Shown: in pieces, positions 37,605 through 46,820 of the stretch
Numbering within the stretch: the stretch's first letter is position 1
Layout of the letters: each line of letters starts with the position of its first letter
Source of the DNA: an uncultured Alphaproteobacteria bacterium
GTDB lineage: Bacteria; Pseudomonadota; Alphaproteobacteria; CAAHEQ01; UBA3637
Assembly: GCA_944392585.1 (NCBI GenBank)
Contig: CALXXA010000053.1
Coordinates: 1-56,595, forward strand
DNA length: 56,595 nucleotides
Direction: 5' to 3'
The notes under the pieces: model-generated
The model's database searches: none
What the model was told of the DNA's origin: nothing
What the model saw: the letters and a program-made list of their open reading frames with translations, nothing else
Position numbers and translations under genes: made by a program

Positions 37605-38731
37605 TGATTTTTGCGCCAAAACCTATTAAAAAAATATTCAAACCAGAGCAAAATAATCCAAAAGATATTTCCCCAGAATCCTTGGAAACTGAACAATCCT
37701 TGGAAACTGAACAAACTCCTCTTCCTTCCGCACCTATGGAACAAGCTCAAACCACTTCCTCGGAACCCATGAAAAAAATTGACGACGTGTGGTTTTCGGA
37801 TTTGTATTTTACTCCAGAAAAAATCGCTTATGTGCGAGATGGATGGTCTCAATTCGGTTTGAAAATATTTGAAGCTCCAGATCTAAAGGATTTCCACAAA
37901 GCATTGGAAGAAGGTTTCCAAGGAAATTCTAGTTACTCTTTAACTTACGGAACTTCTATGTATCGTATCGAGCGTATTAAAACGATTACAGGCGTCCATT
38001 ATACAGCGCGAAGAATGCCTCGTAAAATTCCGAATATTTATGAATTGGGAATTCCAGAAATTTTAGTCAATCAATTGATTTCCTTAAATACCGCAACCGG
38101 ATTAATCTTGTTTTGCGGACCAACAGGTATGGGAAAAACAACTACCGCAACGGCTTTATTAAAAACTTTCTTGGAAAATGAAGGTGGTTTCGCTTATACA
38201 ATTGAAGATCCTCCCGAAATGCCTCTGGACGGCGTATACAAATCTAAAAAAAGAGGTCTCGGATTATGTAAGCAAACCGAAGTGATTAATCATTGTTGGG
38301 ATGCCGGCTTAAAATCAGCTCTGCGAAGCAAACCAAGATATATCCTGGTCGGAGAAATTCGAACCCCAGAAACCGCCAGCGAATGTTTGCGCGCCGCTAC
38401 TTCCGGACATATGGTCATTTCCACTATTCACGCCAATAACTTAGAAGACGGTTTGAACGCTTTAATCAAATATGCGACATCAAGCGGCATGGGAGAAGAA
38501 CTCGCTTCCGATTTATTGGCCAGAGGTATTTTAGCCGTCGTTCATCAAACTTTAGTCGGTACAATTAAATTATCTCCTCAATTGCATTATTGTTTCGCTA
38601 ATCCAAATCCTTTGGAAGCTGACCAAATGCGTATGATTATCCGAGACGGAAAAATTAATTTAGGGACAATGATGGAACAGCAACAGGCTAAACTTTTACA
38701 AGGAAAGCCTTTGTTTAAAAAAGATTATTAA
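37604..38731 (+). CDS. PilT/DotB-like secretion or pilus ATPase
   Basis: GPTGMGKTTT, TIEDPPE, ALRSKP..ILVGEIR, GHMVISTIHA. Confidence 0.8.
   Translation: MIFAPKPIKKIFKPEQNNPKDISPESLETEQSLETEQTPLPSAPMEQAQTTSSEPMKKIDDVWFSDLYFTPEKIAYVRDGWSQFGLKIFEAPDLKDFHKALEEGFQGNSSYSLTYGTSMYRIERIKTITGVHYTARRMPRKIPNIYELGIPEILVNQLISLNTATGLILFCGPTGMGKTTTATALLKTFLENEGGFAYTIEDPPEMPLDGVYKSKKRGLGLCKQTEVINHCWDAGLKSALRSKPRYILVGEIRTPETASECLRAATSGHMVISTIHANNLEDGLNALIKYATSSGMGEELASDLLARGILAVVHQTLVGTIKLSPQLHYCFANPNPLEADQMRMIIRDGKINLGTMMEQQQAKLLQGKPLFKKDY
37677..37712 (+). repeat. 18-bp tandem duplication (SLETEQ x2)
   Basis: AATCCTTGGAAACTGAAC repeated twice, in frame. Confidence 0.9.
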
Positions 38732-38756
38732 ACACTTTTTTGTACGTCTCTTTATC

Positions 38757-38786
38757 CCCCGAAAAAGTTTATTTTCGGGGGTTTTT
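38757..38786. terminator. Intrinsic terminator between the convergent ATPase and thrS
   Basis: CCCCGAAAA/TTTTCGGGG stem followed by a T-run. Confidence 0.75.
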
Positions 38787-38805
38787 GAAAGAAAAATCAT
38801 TTTCT

Positions 38806-40737
38806 TTATTTATTCCGTGAAGGCATAACGGCTTCTTGTGTTAGCAGATTGATTAATTCTTCCAGATTTTTTGTTTCTTGCTTTTCTAGACCAAGCCGGC
38901 GGATTGTAACGGTTTTTTCTTTTTTTTCTTTTTCTACGATAACGGCGATAACAGGGATTTTCTTTAAAGAATGTTCGCGTATTTTATAGGTGATTTTTTC
39001 ATTTCTTAAATCTGCTGTTGCCGCCAATCCCGCTTGTTTAAGCCTTTCGGTAATATAAGACGCATAATCATTGACATCTGAACGAATAGGCGTTACAACG
39101 ACTTGTTCCGGAGAAAGCCACAGAGGTAATTTTCCCGCTAAGTGTTCTATTAAAATTCCTAAAAAACGCTCTATTGAACCGAACAAAGCTCTATGCAACA
39201 TAACAGGACGGTGTTTTTCTCCGTCTTCTCCAATGTAAGATATGTCAAACCTTTGCGGTAAATTCATATCCATCTGAATGGTTCCGCATTGCCATTTTCT
39301 GCCAAGAGCATCTTTTAAAATAAATTCTAGTTTCGGTCCGTAAAACGCTCCTTCCCCGGGATTAATTTCATATTTATACCCGTGGCGTTCCAGCGCGTTG
39401 GCAAGCGCTTTTTCTGATAGGTCCCAAACTTCATCCGAACCAATGCGATATATACTGTCCGGACGTGTAGATAAATAAATTTTGATATCTTCAAATCCGA
39501 AATCTTTATAAATATCCAGTATCAGTTTAATTGTATGCACACATTCTTCTTCCATTTGTTCCGGCGTGCAAAAAATATGTGCATCATCTTGTGTGAATTC
39601 TCTGACGCGCATTAGCCCCATCAAAGAGCCAGAGGCTTCATATCTGTTGACGATCCCAAATTCCGCCATTCTCAAAGGCAAATCTCTGTATGATTTTATT
39701 CCTTGTTTGTAAATAAGCAGACTTCCCGGACAACTCATCGGTTTGACACAAAAAACGCGACCGTCTTCTGTCTCTCCAGAGTAATTATGAGCCCCATACT
39801 TATCCCAATGTCCCGAAATTTCCCATAAACCTCTGTCCATTATCCGAGGCGTCGCTATTTCTATGTACTTATTGTTTTCTTGACGATGTCTCATGTAATC
39901 TATGAGCTTGCGATATATTTTATATCCTTTGTCATGCCAAAAAACAGCTCCCGGCGCATATTCCGGTTCAAAATGAAATAAATCCATTTCTTTCCCTATC
40001 TTGCGATGGTCTCTTTTCGAAGCTTCCTCCAGCAGAGTTAAATAGTCTTTTAAATCTTTCCTTTCTGCAAAAGCAACACCATATACCCTTTGCAACATTT
40101 CTTTTGTCGCGTCTCCGCGCCAGTAAGCGCCGGCGATTTTCGTCAGCTTAAATGCTTTTCCTAATTTCCCGGTGGAGGGTAAGTGCGGACCTCGACATAA
40201 GTCAATATAATCTCCTTGCTTATATACCGAAATAACTGCGTCCGACGGTAAGTCATTAATGATTTCTACTTTATACCGTTCTTTCTTTTCGCTAAAATAG
40301 TGAATAGCTTGTTCTCTGGACCATTCTTGGCGTTCTATCGGGAGATTTCTATCAACTATTTCTTCCATGCGGCGTTCTATTTTTTCCAAATCTTCCGTCG
40401 TAAAAGGATCTTCTTTGGCAAAATCATAATAAAAACCGTTCTCTATAACGGGACCGATGGTAACTTGAGTCCCAGGAAAAAGCTCTTGTACCGCTTGAGC
40501 CATAACATGAGCAGCTGTATGACGCAATATATTTAAGCCCTCAGTTGTTTTTGCAGTCACAATTGTAACAGAACTGTCTTCTGTTATTGGCGTTGTTAAG
40601 TCGGTTAATTTTCCGTTCACTGTGATTGCAAAAGCGGCTTGGGCTAAATTTTGACTGATATGTTGCGCTATTTCTAAGCCTTGTATAGGCTCTTTAAATT
40701 CCAAAACTGAATTGTCTGGTAATTTTATGTTAATCAT
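38806..40737 (-). CDS. thrS: Threonine--tRNA ligase
   Basis: TGS N-terminus, RHTAAHV, DLCRGPH, RDHRK.G, VKPMSCP, RVREFTQDDAH, GEGAFYGPK, HRALFGSIERF. Confidence 0.98.
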   Translation of the reverse strand: MINIKLPDNSVLEFKEPIQGLEIAQHISQNLAQAAFAITVNGKLTDLTTPITEDSSVTIVTAKTTEGLNILRHTAAHVMAQAVQELFPGTQVTIGPVIENGFYYDFAKEDPFTTEDLEKIERRMEEIVDRNLPIERQEWSREQAIHYFSEKKERYKVEIINDLPSDAVISVYKQGDYIDLCRGPHLPSTGKLGKAFKLTKIAGAYWRGDATKEMLQRVYGVAFAERKDLKDYLTLLEEASKRDHRKIGKEMDLFHFEPEYAPGAVFWHDKGYKIYRKLIDYMRHRQENNKYIEIATPRIMDRGLWEISGHWDKYGAHNYSGETEDGRVFCVKPMSCPGSLLIYKQGIKSYRDLPLRMAEFGIVNRYEASGSLMGLMRVREFTQDDAHIFCTPEQMEEECVHTIKLILDIYKDFGFEDIKIYLSTRPDSIYRIGSDEVWDLSEKALANALERHGYKYEINPGEGAFYGPKLEFILKDALGRKWQCGTIQMDMNLPQRFDISYIGEDGEKHRPVMLHRALFGSIERFLGILIEHLAGKLPLWLSPEQVVVTPIRSDVNDYASYITERLKQAGLAATADLRNEKITYKIREHSLKKIPVIAVIVEKEKKEKTVTIRRLGLEKQETKNLEELINLLTQEAVMPSRNK

Positions 40738-40837
40738 TATTTTTCCTTTTTTTAGTTTTAAACAAGATTTTTAATCTATAAAAAAAAATAAAAAAAGTCA
40801 AGAATTTTGAAATTATGGACTGAACAAAAAAGTTCTT

Positions 40838-41815
40838 TTATGGAGTAAGCGTTTTATTTTGATGTGCGAATGCAATCATATAATTTTTTTGTATCTCCGC
40901 CGCTTGCAACATTTTATTTTTAGTCCATGTGTTTCGTTCTTCCGAAATACTTCTGCGATGGATGCAACCGGCCGCGGCCGTGTAATCTTTTTTCTTCAGA
41001 GCCTGATAAAGTTTCGGCCATTTTTTAGGATTTAAATTTCCGGTGTTGTAATAAATGTCAAGCAAAGGTAAAATTGCTTCGTTTGGCATGTCTTTTAAAG
41101 CTATTTTTTGAGAAGACAATGCTTTTTCAAGCCCTTTAAAACAATTCTTGATATCTTTTTGACAGATTTTCTCCATAGACGACTGCGTTGCTTGATAAAC
41201 AAACTTCTTTTTATAATACCTCGCTAAATAGTTAAAGCTTTTTTGCTCTTTACGAATGTTTTTTATTTCTTCGTAATAAGCTTTCTTTTCTTTTGATGTT
41301 AATAAAAGAGTTTTATTGGTATTGTTTATAAAATCTATTTCCTTAAAGCGATCCCAGTTCTCTATATTAGATCCATACCCAATATGAATTAATCCAGAAG
41401 AATCTAAATATGGATGTTCTACCGGCTTTTTGTTAATACACTCAAACTCTTGAATGACGGGAAGTAATTGTTGACATAGATGATCACAACGGACCTCATA
41501 AGGTGTTTTTTCCGAAAGAACATTCGTTTGAGATAACGTTGCCCCTTGAACGGAAGAACCGACATGTAAAGCTGTTCCTTTGGATAACGTTGCCCCTTGA
41601 ACGGAAGAACCGGCATACGAAACCGTTCCTTCGGATAAAGAAGAGATTGTTTCTTCTGAAGGTTTTTTATTACCGATAACAGATTGAACGCAATGAGATG
41701 CTTTTATTTTGGGAAAATCTTCTTTGTTTACAGATTTCTCTTTTTTACATCCAGGGTATAATAAGACGGCAAGAGGCAATAAAAACTTTAAGCTTAATTT
41801 TTTTAATTTTTTCAT
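40838..41815 (-). CDS. Lipoprotein with C-terminal phage-lysozyme (GH24-like) domain
   Basis: Lipobox-like YPG-C; IQEFE...PYLDSSGLIHIGYG; LLDIYYNTG; WPKL..AL...DY.AAA; ERN.WT. Confidence 0.75.
   Translation of the reverse strand: MKKLKKLSLKFLLPLAVLLYPGCKKEKSVNKEDFPKIKASHCVQSVIGNKKPSEETISSLSEGTVSYAGSSVQGATLSKGTALHVGSSVQGATLSQTNVLSEKTPYEVRCDHLCQQLLPVIQEFECINKKPVEHPYLDSSGLIHIGYGSNIENWDRFKEIDFINNTNKTLLLTSKEKKAYYEEIKNIRKEQKSFNYLARYYKKKFVYQATQSSMEKICQKDIKNCFKGLEKALSSQKIALKDMPNEAILPLLDIYYNTGNLNPKKWPKLYQALKKKDYTAAAGCIHRRSISEERNTWTKNKMLQAAEIQKNYMIAFAHQNKTLTP
41532..41638 (-). repeat. 51-bp-period in-frame tandem repeat (GSSVQGATLS) in the linker
   Basis: Identical 30-mer GATAACGTTGCCCCTTGAACGGAAGAACCG at 41532-41561 and 41583-41612, plus a partial third unit. 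Confidence 0.9.
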
Positions 41816-41857
41816 GGTTCTTTCCGTTTTTAATGGTTTTTCTTATAAAAAATCAAA

Positions 41858-42583
41858 TCAGCGTGACAGTTCTCTTACTTTTCTATCCATTTCTTCAAAT
41901 TTTTTGCTTCTTACAAAAAAGGAATGATACTTTAATTTTTCTTTCCGAACCTCGTTATAATAAGGATGAGAAATGTTTCTTATAGAACATTCTTTAGCGG
42001 CGTCCAAAAGAGAGTTTTCGCGAAGAGCCGCGCAAAATTTTTTATATGTTTCCAATTTCCCGTTTGTTAATAATTCCGTTTGAAGGATAATGGCTTGAAC
42101 TTCCGGGTGGAAGGAAAGATAGTTAGGAATCAGATGAATTGCTTTTTTTTCAGCTTTTTTTAAATATTCCTTTGTGATGCGGCGAACATTTTCCGTATCT
42201 GTTCTGGCTATAATATGTTCTCCTCGTCTGAGTGAATTTATGACTTCTTTTTTTTCTTCAAAACTCAAAGGTTTCCCATGTTCTTCATACAAAAGAAGTT
42301 CTGATAGAACTTTTGGATCTTCGATAGGTGTTCCGAAGCCTATTTTAACTATACCTTCTTTTAAAAAAGGATTGTATTTCATGACGCCGGGCATATCCCG
42401 CAGAGATTCGTAAATTGAATCGATACGTTCTTGTTGTTTTTTTTGTTCAGGAGTTAGTTCTTCTTTTTTTATTTCTTTTCTAGGGAGAGGTTTTTTTTCC
42501 TCATAAGAACATCCTGTTCCAACCAATAAAGAAACGGCTGTCGCTATGGATAAAAAATTACGGAAAGTTATTTTCTTTTTCAT
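41858..42583 (-). CDS. Lipoprotein, degenerate lysozyme-like paralogue of the adjacent gene
   Basis: Lipobox GTG-C; G.VKIGFG, P.Y.SF.PEVQAII, YKKF.AAL.EN..DAAKE; no recognisable catalytic E/D/T. Confidence 0.55.
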   Translation of the reverse strand: MKKKITFRNFLSIATAVSLLVGTGCSYEEKKPLPRKEIKKEELTPEQKKQQERIDSIYESLRDMPGVMKYNPFLKEGIVKIGFGTPIEDPKVLSELLLYEEHGKPLSFEEKKEVINSLRRGEHIIARTDTENVRRITKEYLKKAEKKAIHLIPNYLSFHPEVQAIILQTELLTNGKLETYKKFCAALRENSLLDAAKECSIRNISHPYYNEVRKEKLKYHSFFVRSKKFEEMDRKVRELSR

Positions 42584-42740
42584 TAATTATGTCCTTAACC
42601 TAACAAAAATCTAACAAATTATTTATTTATTTTAACATAAAATCGTAAAAAAAACAATTAAAAAAAGAAGTGTTTTTTTTGTCTTGACTTTTGTCAGGCA
42701 AGATACTAAACTTTTACGTGTATTCAACAAGGAGGATAAT

Positions 42741-42935
42741 ATGTTTACAAAAATTTGCTTTTGGTTAATGGTTGTCGGAGGATTAAATTGGGGACTCGTT
42801 GGATTAATGGATTTTAATTTAGTGAGCACTCTTTTTGGATCTGTTTCGTATTTGTCTCAAGTCGTGTACGTTTTAGTTGCATTGGCTTCTGTTTGGGCGG
42901 CCTTAGTGGAATTAGGCCTTGTTCCGCGCAAGTAA
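42741..42935 (+). CDS. DUF378 family membrane protein
   Basis: LMVVGGLNWGLVG..FNLV..LFG...VYVLV; AAGGAGG RBS. Confidence 0.88.
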   Translation: MFTKICFWLMVVGGLNWGLVGLMDFNLVSTLFGSVSYLSQVVYVLVALASVWAALVELGLVPRK

Positions 42936-42955
42936 TATAAGCTCATCAAGATATT

Positions 42956-42986
42956 AAAAAAGGGCGCTTCAAACGCCCTTTTTTTT
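42956..42986. terminator. Bidirectional intrinsic terminator
   Basis: AAAAAAGGGCG-CTTCAAA-CGCCCTTTTTTT between convergent genes. Confidence 0.8.
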
Positions 42987-43503
42987 AACGACCTCTATTA
43001 TTGTATTTTCCTATGAAAGGAGCATTCTTAAGAGCGTTTTTATTTGCTTTTTCAAAATCTTTTGTCATTCTGTCTATAATTTGTTGATCTGTCTCTATTT
43101 TTTGCTTAACAGATGAGCCTCTACGGGATGTTTTTTGTGTTATATTTGTTTCCACGTTTGCGACCTGGTCCGTTTGTTGTGAAGAGGCGACGGTCGGATT
43201 ATATGTTTTATCCGTGACTAATTGATTTAAAATATTTGAAATATTCTGATTCCGCTGTGAAGAAAGAGGAATATAAGTAGATCCGTTATTTATTGAATTA
43301 GTTACTTTTTGAGCTGCTTTTGTTTTTTCTTTTGACGAATTCGGCTTTGGATACATCATTTTCAACATAGGAGTCATCAAAAGTTTGAGAGAAACAAAAG
43401 CCCCTATCACAAAAAGGACTTTTTTATGAGAAAGAATCTTTTTCATCAGACTTTCTTTAGGCGGTTTTTGATTGCTGTTCATTTTATTATATAGAGATGA
43501 CAT
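42985..43503 (-). CDS. Hypothetical protein with N-terminal membrane anchor
   Basis: AAGGAG RBS; single hydrophobic segment; polar low-complexity body. Confidence 0.65.
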   Translation of the reverse strand: MSSLYNKMNSNQKPPKESLMKKILSHKKVLFVIGAFVSLKLLMTPMLKMMYPKPNSSKEKTKAAQKVTNSINNGSTYIPLSSQRNQNISNILNQLVTDKTYNPTVASSQQTDQVANVETNITQKTSRRGSSVKQKIETDQQIIDRMTKDFEKANKNALKNAPFIGKYNNRGR

Positions 43504-43594
43504 TTTTAGCTCCTTTTTTTAGTAAATAATTCTTATTATACTCTTTTTTCAGTAAAAAATCAATATTATTTATGCGTCAAAAGGATAAGTAAGA

Positions 43595-44743
43595 TTATTC
43601 TTGAGAAACAATCTCGGAAGATTGTCCAATTTTTTGAACAAAATAATCTTCATCTGCTTTTTCCAAATGAATTTGATGAGCGTCAAAAAGCATTAAAAGC
43701 CGTTCAATCATTCGGCGTTGAAAATGATCTCTGTATCCATCCTCGGTTTCTTCCAACATTTCTCGAAATGTCTTAACGGCCAAGCGGATGGCAAAAAACA
43801 TTTCCTGAGGCAACTCGGCTTCTTGATAGAGCCTTTCCAATCCGAGAAGACCCGAGTCGTAAATTAAAATACGGGCATTCCGAATAGGAATACCCGCTTT
43901 AATAGCTAGAGCATATTCAAAAAATTTCATGTCGCCGATACAGACTGATCGTAAAATTAAATTTGGAGTTAATCTGTCAACGCTGTGTAAATGAATGACC
44001 AATGTCCTGACTTCCTCTTCCGTAGAGGTTTCCGATAAGTTTAAAATTGCTTTTTCTCGTGTTTGTGTCACCAACATCGTGATGACGGTAACAGGTAAAT
44101 CATGGTGCCGTAGTAATTGTTTGCGCAATTCATCAGAAACTTTTGTAATAACTTTCTCCAAAATAGAAACCGGAACTTTCGGGCGCATTAACAAAGGTTC
44201 ATGAATCTCATCACATGTTTCGAATTTGTCTAAAATCGTGTGATAAGAATTTTCCGAAATATCTGCTCCTTGATTCTTTATCAACGTGACAATCGGTCTT
44301 TCCCCTGCTTCTTCAATTAAATGCTCACAGACAAAAGACGAAACTTTTTGCCTTTTCGCAACAGCACATTGTTTTTGCTCGTCTTTCGTGCGTAAAATCT
44401 CGATTAAATCTTCTTCCGTGATAACGTCGGAGTATTGAATCATGGGAACAGCTACGGAAGAAACATCAAAAATAATTTTTTGTATGATGTCATACGGTAA
44501 AAAAGAGCATGTTTTTAAACTTTCAGCCAATTCTTCGCGAACACGCACTTCAATGTCGTTGCTGATGAGACGAAAAATATCTTCGGCAATTTGTTTTTCT
44601 TTTTGAGTAAGTTCTTTGAATTGATATTGTTCAGATACTTTTCGGGCTGTTGAAGAACGAATATCCGCAGATGGATTTTTTAATAATAAATCCACGTCTT
44701 TTTGGGTGAGCTTAGTTTTTAAAAAATCTTTTTGTTTAGCCAT
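43595..44743 (-). CDS. DUF2336 domain protein
   Basis: LL..PS...R...A.KV, D.EV.VR.ELAE.LK, VA.PM...S.V.TEEDL.EI, AVA.R..VS, NQGA.IS. Confidence 0.8.
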   Translation of the reverse strand: MAKQKDFLKTKLTQKDVDLLLKNPSADIRSSTARKVSEQYQFKELTQKEKQIAEDIFRLISNDIEVRVREELAESLKTCSFLPYDIIQKIIFDVSSVAVPMIQYSDVITEEDLIEILRTKDEQKQCAVAKRQKVSSFVCEHLIEEAGERPIVTLIKNQGADISENSYHTILDKFETCDEIHEPLLMRPKVPVSILEKVITKVSDELRKQLLRHHDLPVTVITMLVTQTREKAILNLSETSTEEEVRTLVIHLHSVDRLTPNLILRSVCIGDMKFFEYALAIKAGIPIRNARILIYDSGLLGLERLYQEAELPQEMFFAIRLAVKTFREMLEETEDGYRDHFQRRMIERLLMLFDAHQIHLEKADEDYFVQKIGQSSEIVSQE

Positions 44744-44833
44744 CCGCGTTGCCTTGTTTCAACACCCCTTTCAGCTTTCTTATAATAAAAACATAAAAAA
44801 GTAAAGTTTTTATTAAGAAAATATTTTTTTATG

Positions 44834-45517
44834 TTATTTGGACATGAGAGCATATCCCATGGAACGAACGGTTCTGATTAAATCTTTTTCTCCGGCGGCA
44901 TTGAGAGATTGACGTAACCGTTTTACATGAACGTCAACAGTCCGTAATTCAACATGAATGGCGTGTCCCCAGACTGCGGTGAGTAAATTTTCTCGAGAAA
45001 AAACCTTTTCCGGCGATCCTAAAAAAACTTCCAATAAGCGAAATTCCGTAGGTCCTAAATGAACAATTCTTTTTCCTCTGTAAACAAGTTTCTTTTCAAA
45101 ATCCATGACGATGTCTTTATATGAAGCTTTTTCTTTTTCTGGTTTAGGAGATGCGCGTCTTAAAAGCGCTTTAATTCTGGCCATTAATTCCGGTATGGAA
45201 AACGGCTTCGTTATGTAATCATCCGCACCGATGGATAATGCATTGACTTTGTCGTTTTCTTCTCCTCTTGCCGTTAGCATTATAATAGGTAAATGTCTTA
45301 AGGAATGATCTTGACGAAGCACCTTACAAATTTCTATCCCCGATACATGAGGAAGCATCCAATCCAGTAAAATTATGTCCGGACGGTCGGTATGCAGTTT
45401 TTCCAAGACTTTTTTCCCGTCTGTGACAAAAGACGTTTCAAACCCGTTTTTTTCAAGGTTGTATTTTAAGATGGTTACAAGAGCTTCTTCATCCTCAACA
45501 ATTAAAATTTTAGACAT
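44834..45517 (-). CDS. phoB: Phosphate regulon response regulator PhoB
   Basis: VEDE, LLDWMLP..SGIE, MLTARGEE, GADDYITKPFS, LGPTEFRLL, RTVDVHV.RLR. Confidence 0.88.
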   Translation of the reverse strand: MSKILIVEDEEALVTILKYNLEKNGFETSFVTDGKKVLEKLHTDRPDIILLDWMLPHVSGIEICKVLRQDHSLRHLPIIMLTARGEENDKVNALSIGADDYITKPFSIPELMARIKALLRRASPKPEKEKASYKDIVMDFEKKLVYRGKRIVHLGPTEFRLLEVFLGSPEKVFSRENLLTAVWGHAIHVELRTVDVHVKRLRQSLNAAGEKDLIRTVRSMGYALMSK

Positions 45518-45611
45518 TTTTTTTCCTTTCTTTTAAAGAAGATAAACTTTCCATTACGACAATAAGCTAAAGGGAAAAAACAAAAACGTGTTCTAAAAAA
45601 CAAACTTTCGG

Positions 45612-46268
45612 TCAAAATGATGAAGTTCCCGCTTTTTGTAAAAGCTGAATTGTTTTGCTCCAGTCGGAAGAGTTAAAAATATAACTGCCGGAGATTAATG
45701 TAGATGCTCCGTTTTCCACGCATAAAGGAGCTGACTTATCATTGATTCCACCATCTACTTGGATATTGATTCCGGATGCTTCCGTCATGGTTTTGATAAG
45801 AGATATTTTAGGCAATTGAGTAATTAAAAAGTCTTGCCCGCCGAAACCCGGTTCAACAGTCATAACAAGAACTAAATCCAAATAAGGCAAATAAGTTTCT
45901 AAAACAGACGCCGGGGTGCGAGGTTTCAACGATAAACCGGTTTTAATTCCTTTTGAACGGAGAAACTTCAACATAGGAATAATATCTTGTTCAACTTCCG
46001 CATGAAGCGTGATTTGATCCGAACCCGCATTGATAAAGTCTTCAAGAAAGTCTTGAGGGTTTGTCATCATTAAATGCACGTCTAGCGGTATGGAGGAATA
46101 AGGTTTGATGGCTTTCACAAGTAAAGGACCAAATGTTAAATTCGGAACAAAATGTCCATCCATTACATCTATATGAATAAGATCTGCTCCGGCGGCGCAG
46201 ACATTTTGAACGACATCTGCGAGATGAGCTATATCGGCAGACAGGATGCTGGGAGCAACGAGGGTCAT
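45612..46268 (-). CDS. rpe: Ribulose-phosphate 3-epimerase
   Basis: APSILSAD, HIDVMDGHFVPNLTFG, DVHLM, MTVEPGFGGQ, VDGGI. Confidence 0.97.
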   Translation of the reverse strand: MTLVAPSILSADIAHLADVVQNVCAAGADLIHIDVMDGHFVPNLTFGPLLVKAIKPYSSIPLDVHLMMTNPQDFLEDFINAGSDQITLHAEVEQDIIPMLKFLRSKGIKTGLSLKPRTPASVLETYLPYLDLVLVMTVEPGFGGQDFLITQLPKISLIKTMTEASGINIQVDGGINDKSAPLCVENGASTLISGSYIFNSSDWSKTIQLLQKAGTSSF

Positions 46269-46505
46269 TATAAATCTCCTTAGGTTGTAATAAGTTTAAT
46301 ATAACAGACTTTATGATATAGAGCAATTCTTTTTTATTTTTTCTAATTTATTTTTTATATCATTTGTTTTGAATGACTTAAATGATATATTAGAAAATAA
46401 TCGTAATTATTTTGTAATTACCAAAATGCAGTCTATCAAAATCAATCTATTTTTATATTGACCAAAAAATTTTTTGTGTTTTAATCTAATAAAAAAAGAG
46501 AAAAA

Positions 46506-46820
46506 ATGAAAAAACTTTATATTGATGATTTGCGGCGTCCGCCGGATTTATCGTGGGATTTGGTCAAAACAAACTCCGAGGCGATGACATATATAATGGA
46601 AAATGGATGTCCGGATGTTATTTCTTTTGATTATTGTTTAAGTGGCGGACAAACAATACGGCCTTTTGTTTTATGGTTGATTGACGAGGACAAACAACAA
46701 AAAGGAGCTTTTATTCCTTCTGCTTTTCGCTTTGAAGTGCATAGCAGCTCTGTTATCGGCGAAAATTGGATAAAGAAAACATTGTCTCAGTATCTTTCAA
46801 ATAGATTTAAACGGCTTTAA
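46506..46820 (+). CDS. Cyclic-phosphate-processing receiver-like domain protein
   Basis: KLYIDDLR.PP..W..V...EA..YI...G.P..ISFD, VHSS...G. Confidence 0.7.
   Translation: MKKLYIDDLRRPPDLSWDLVKTNSEAMTYIMENGCPDVISFDYCLSGGQTIRPFVLWLIDEDKQQKGAFIPSAFRFEVHSSSVIGENWIKKTLSQYLSNRFKRL

Noticed and set aside
42583-42620. Possible CtrA boxes
   Set aside because: Spacing or half-sites deviate from TTAA-N7-TTAA, and such matches are expected by chance in AT-rich DNA.
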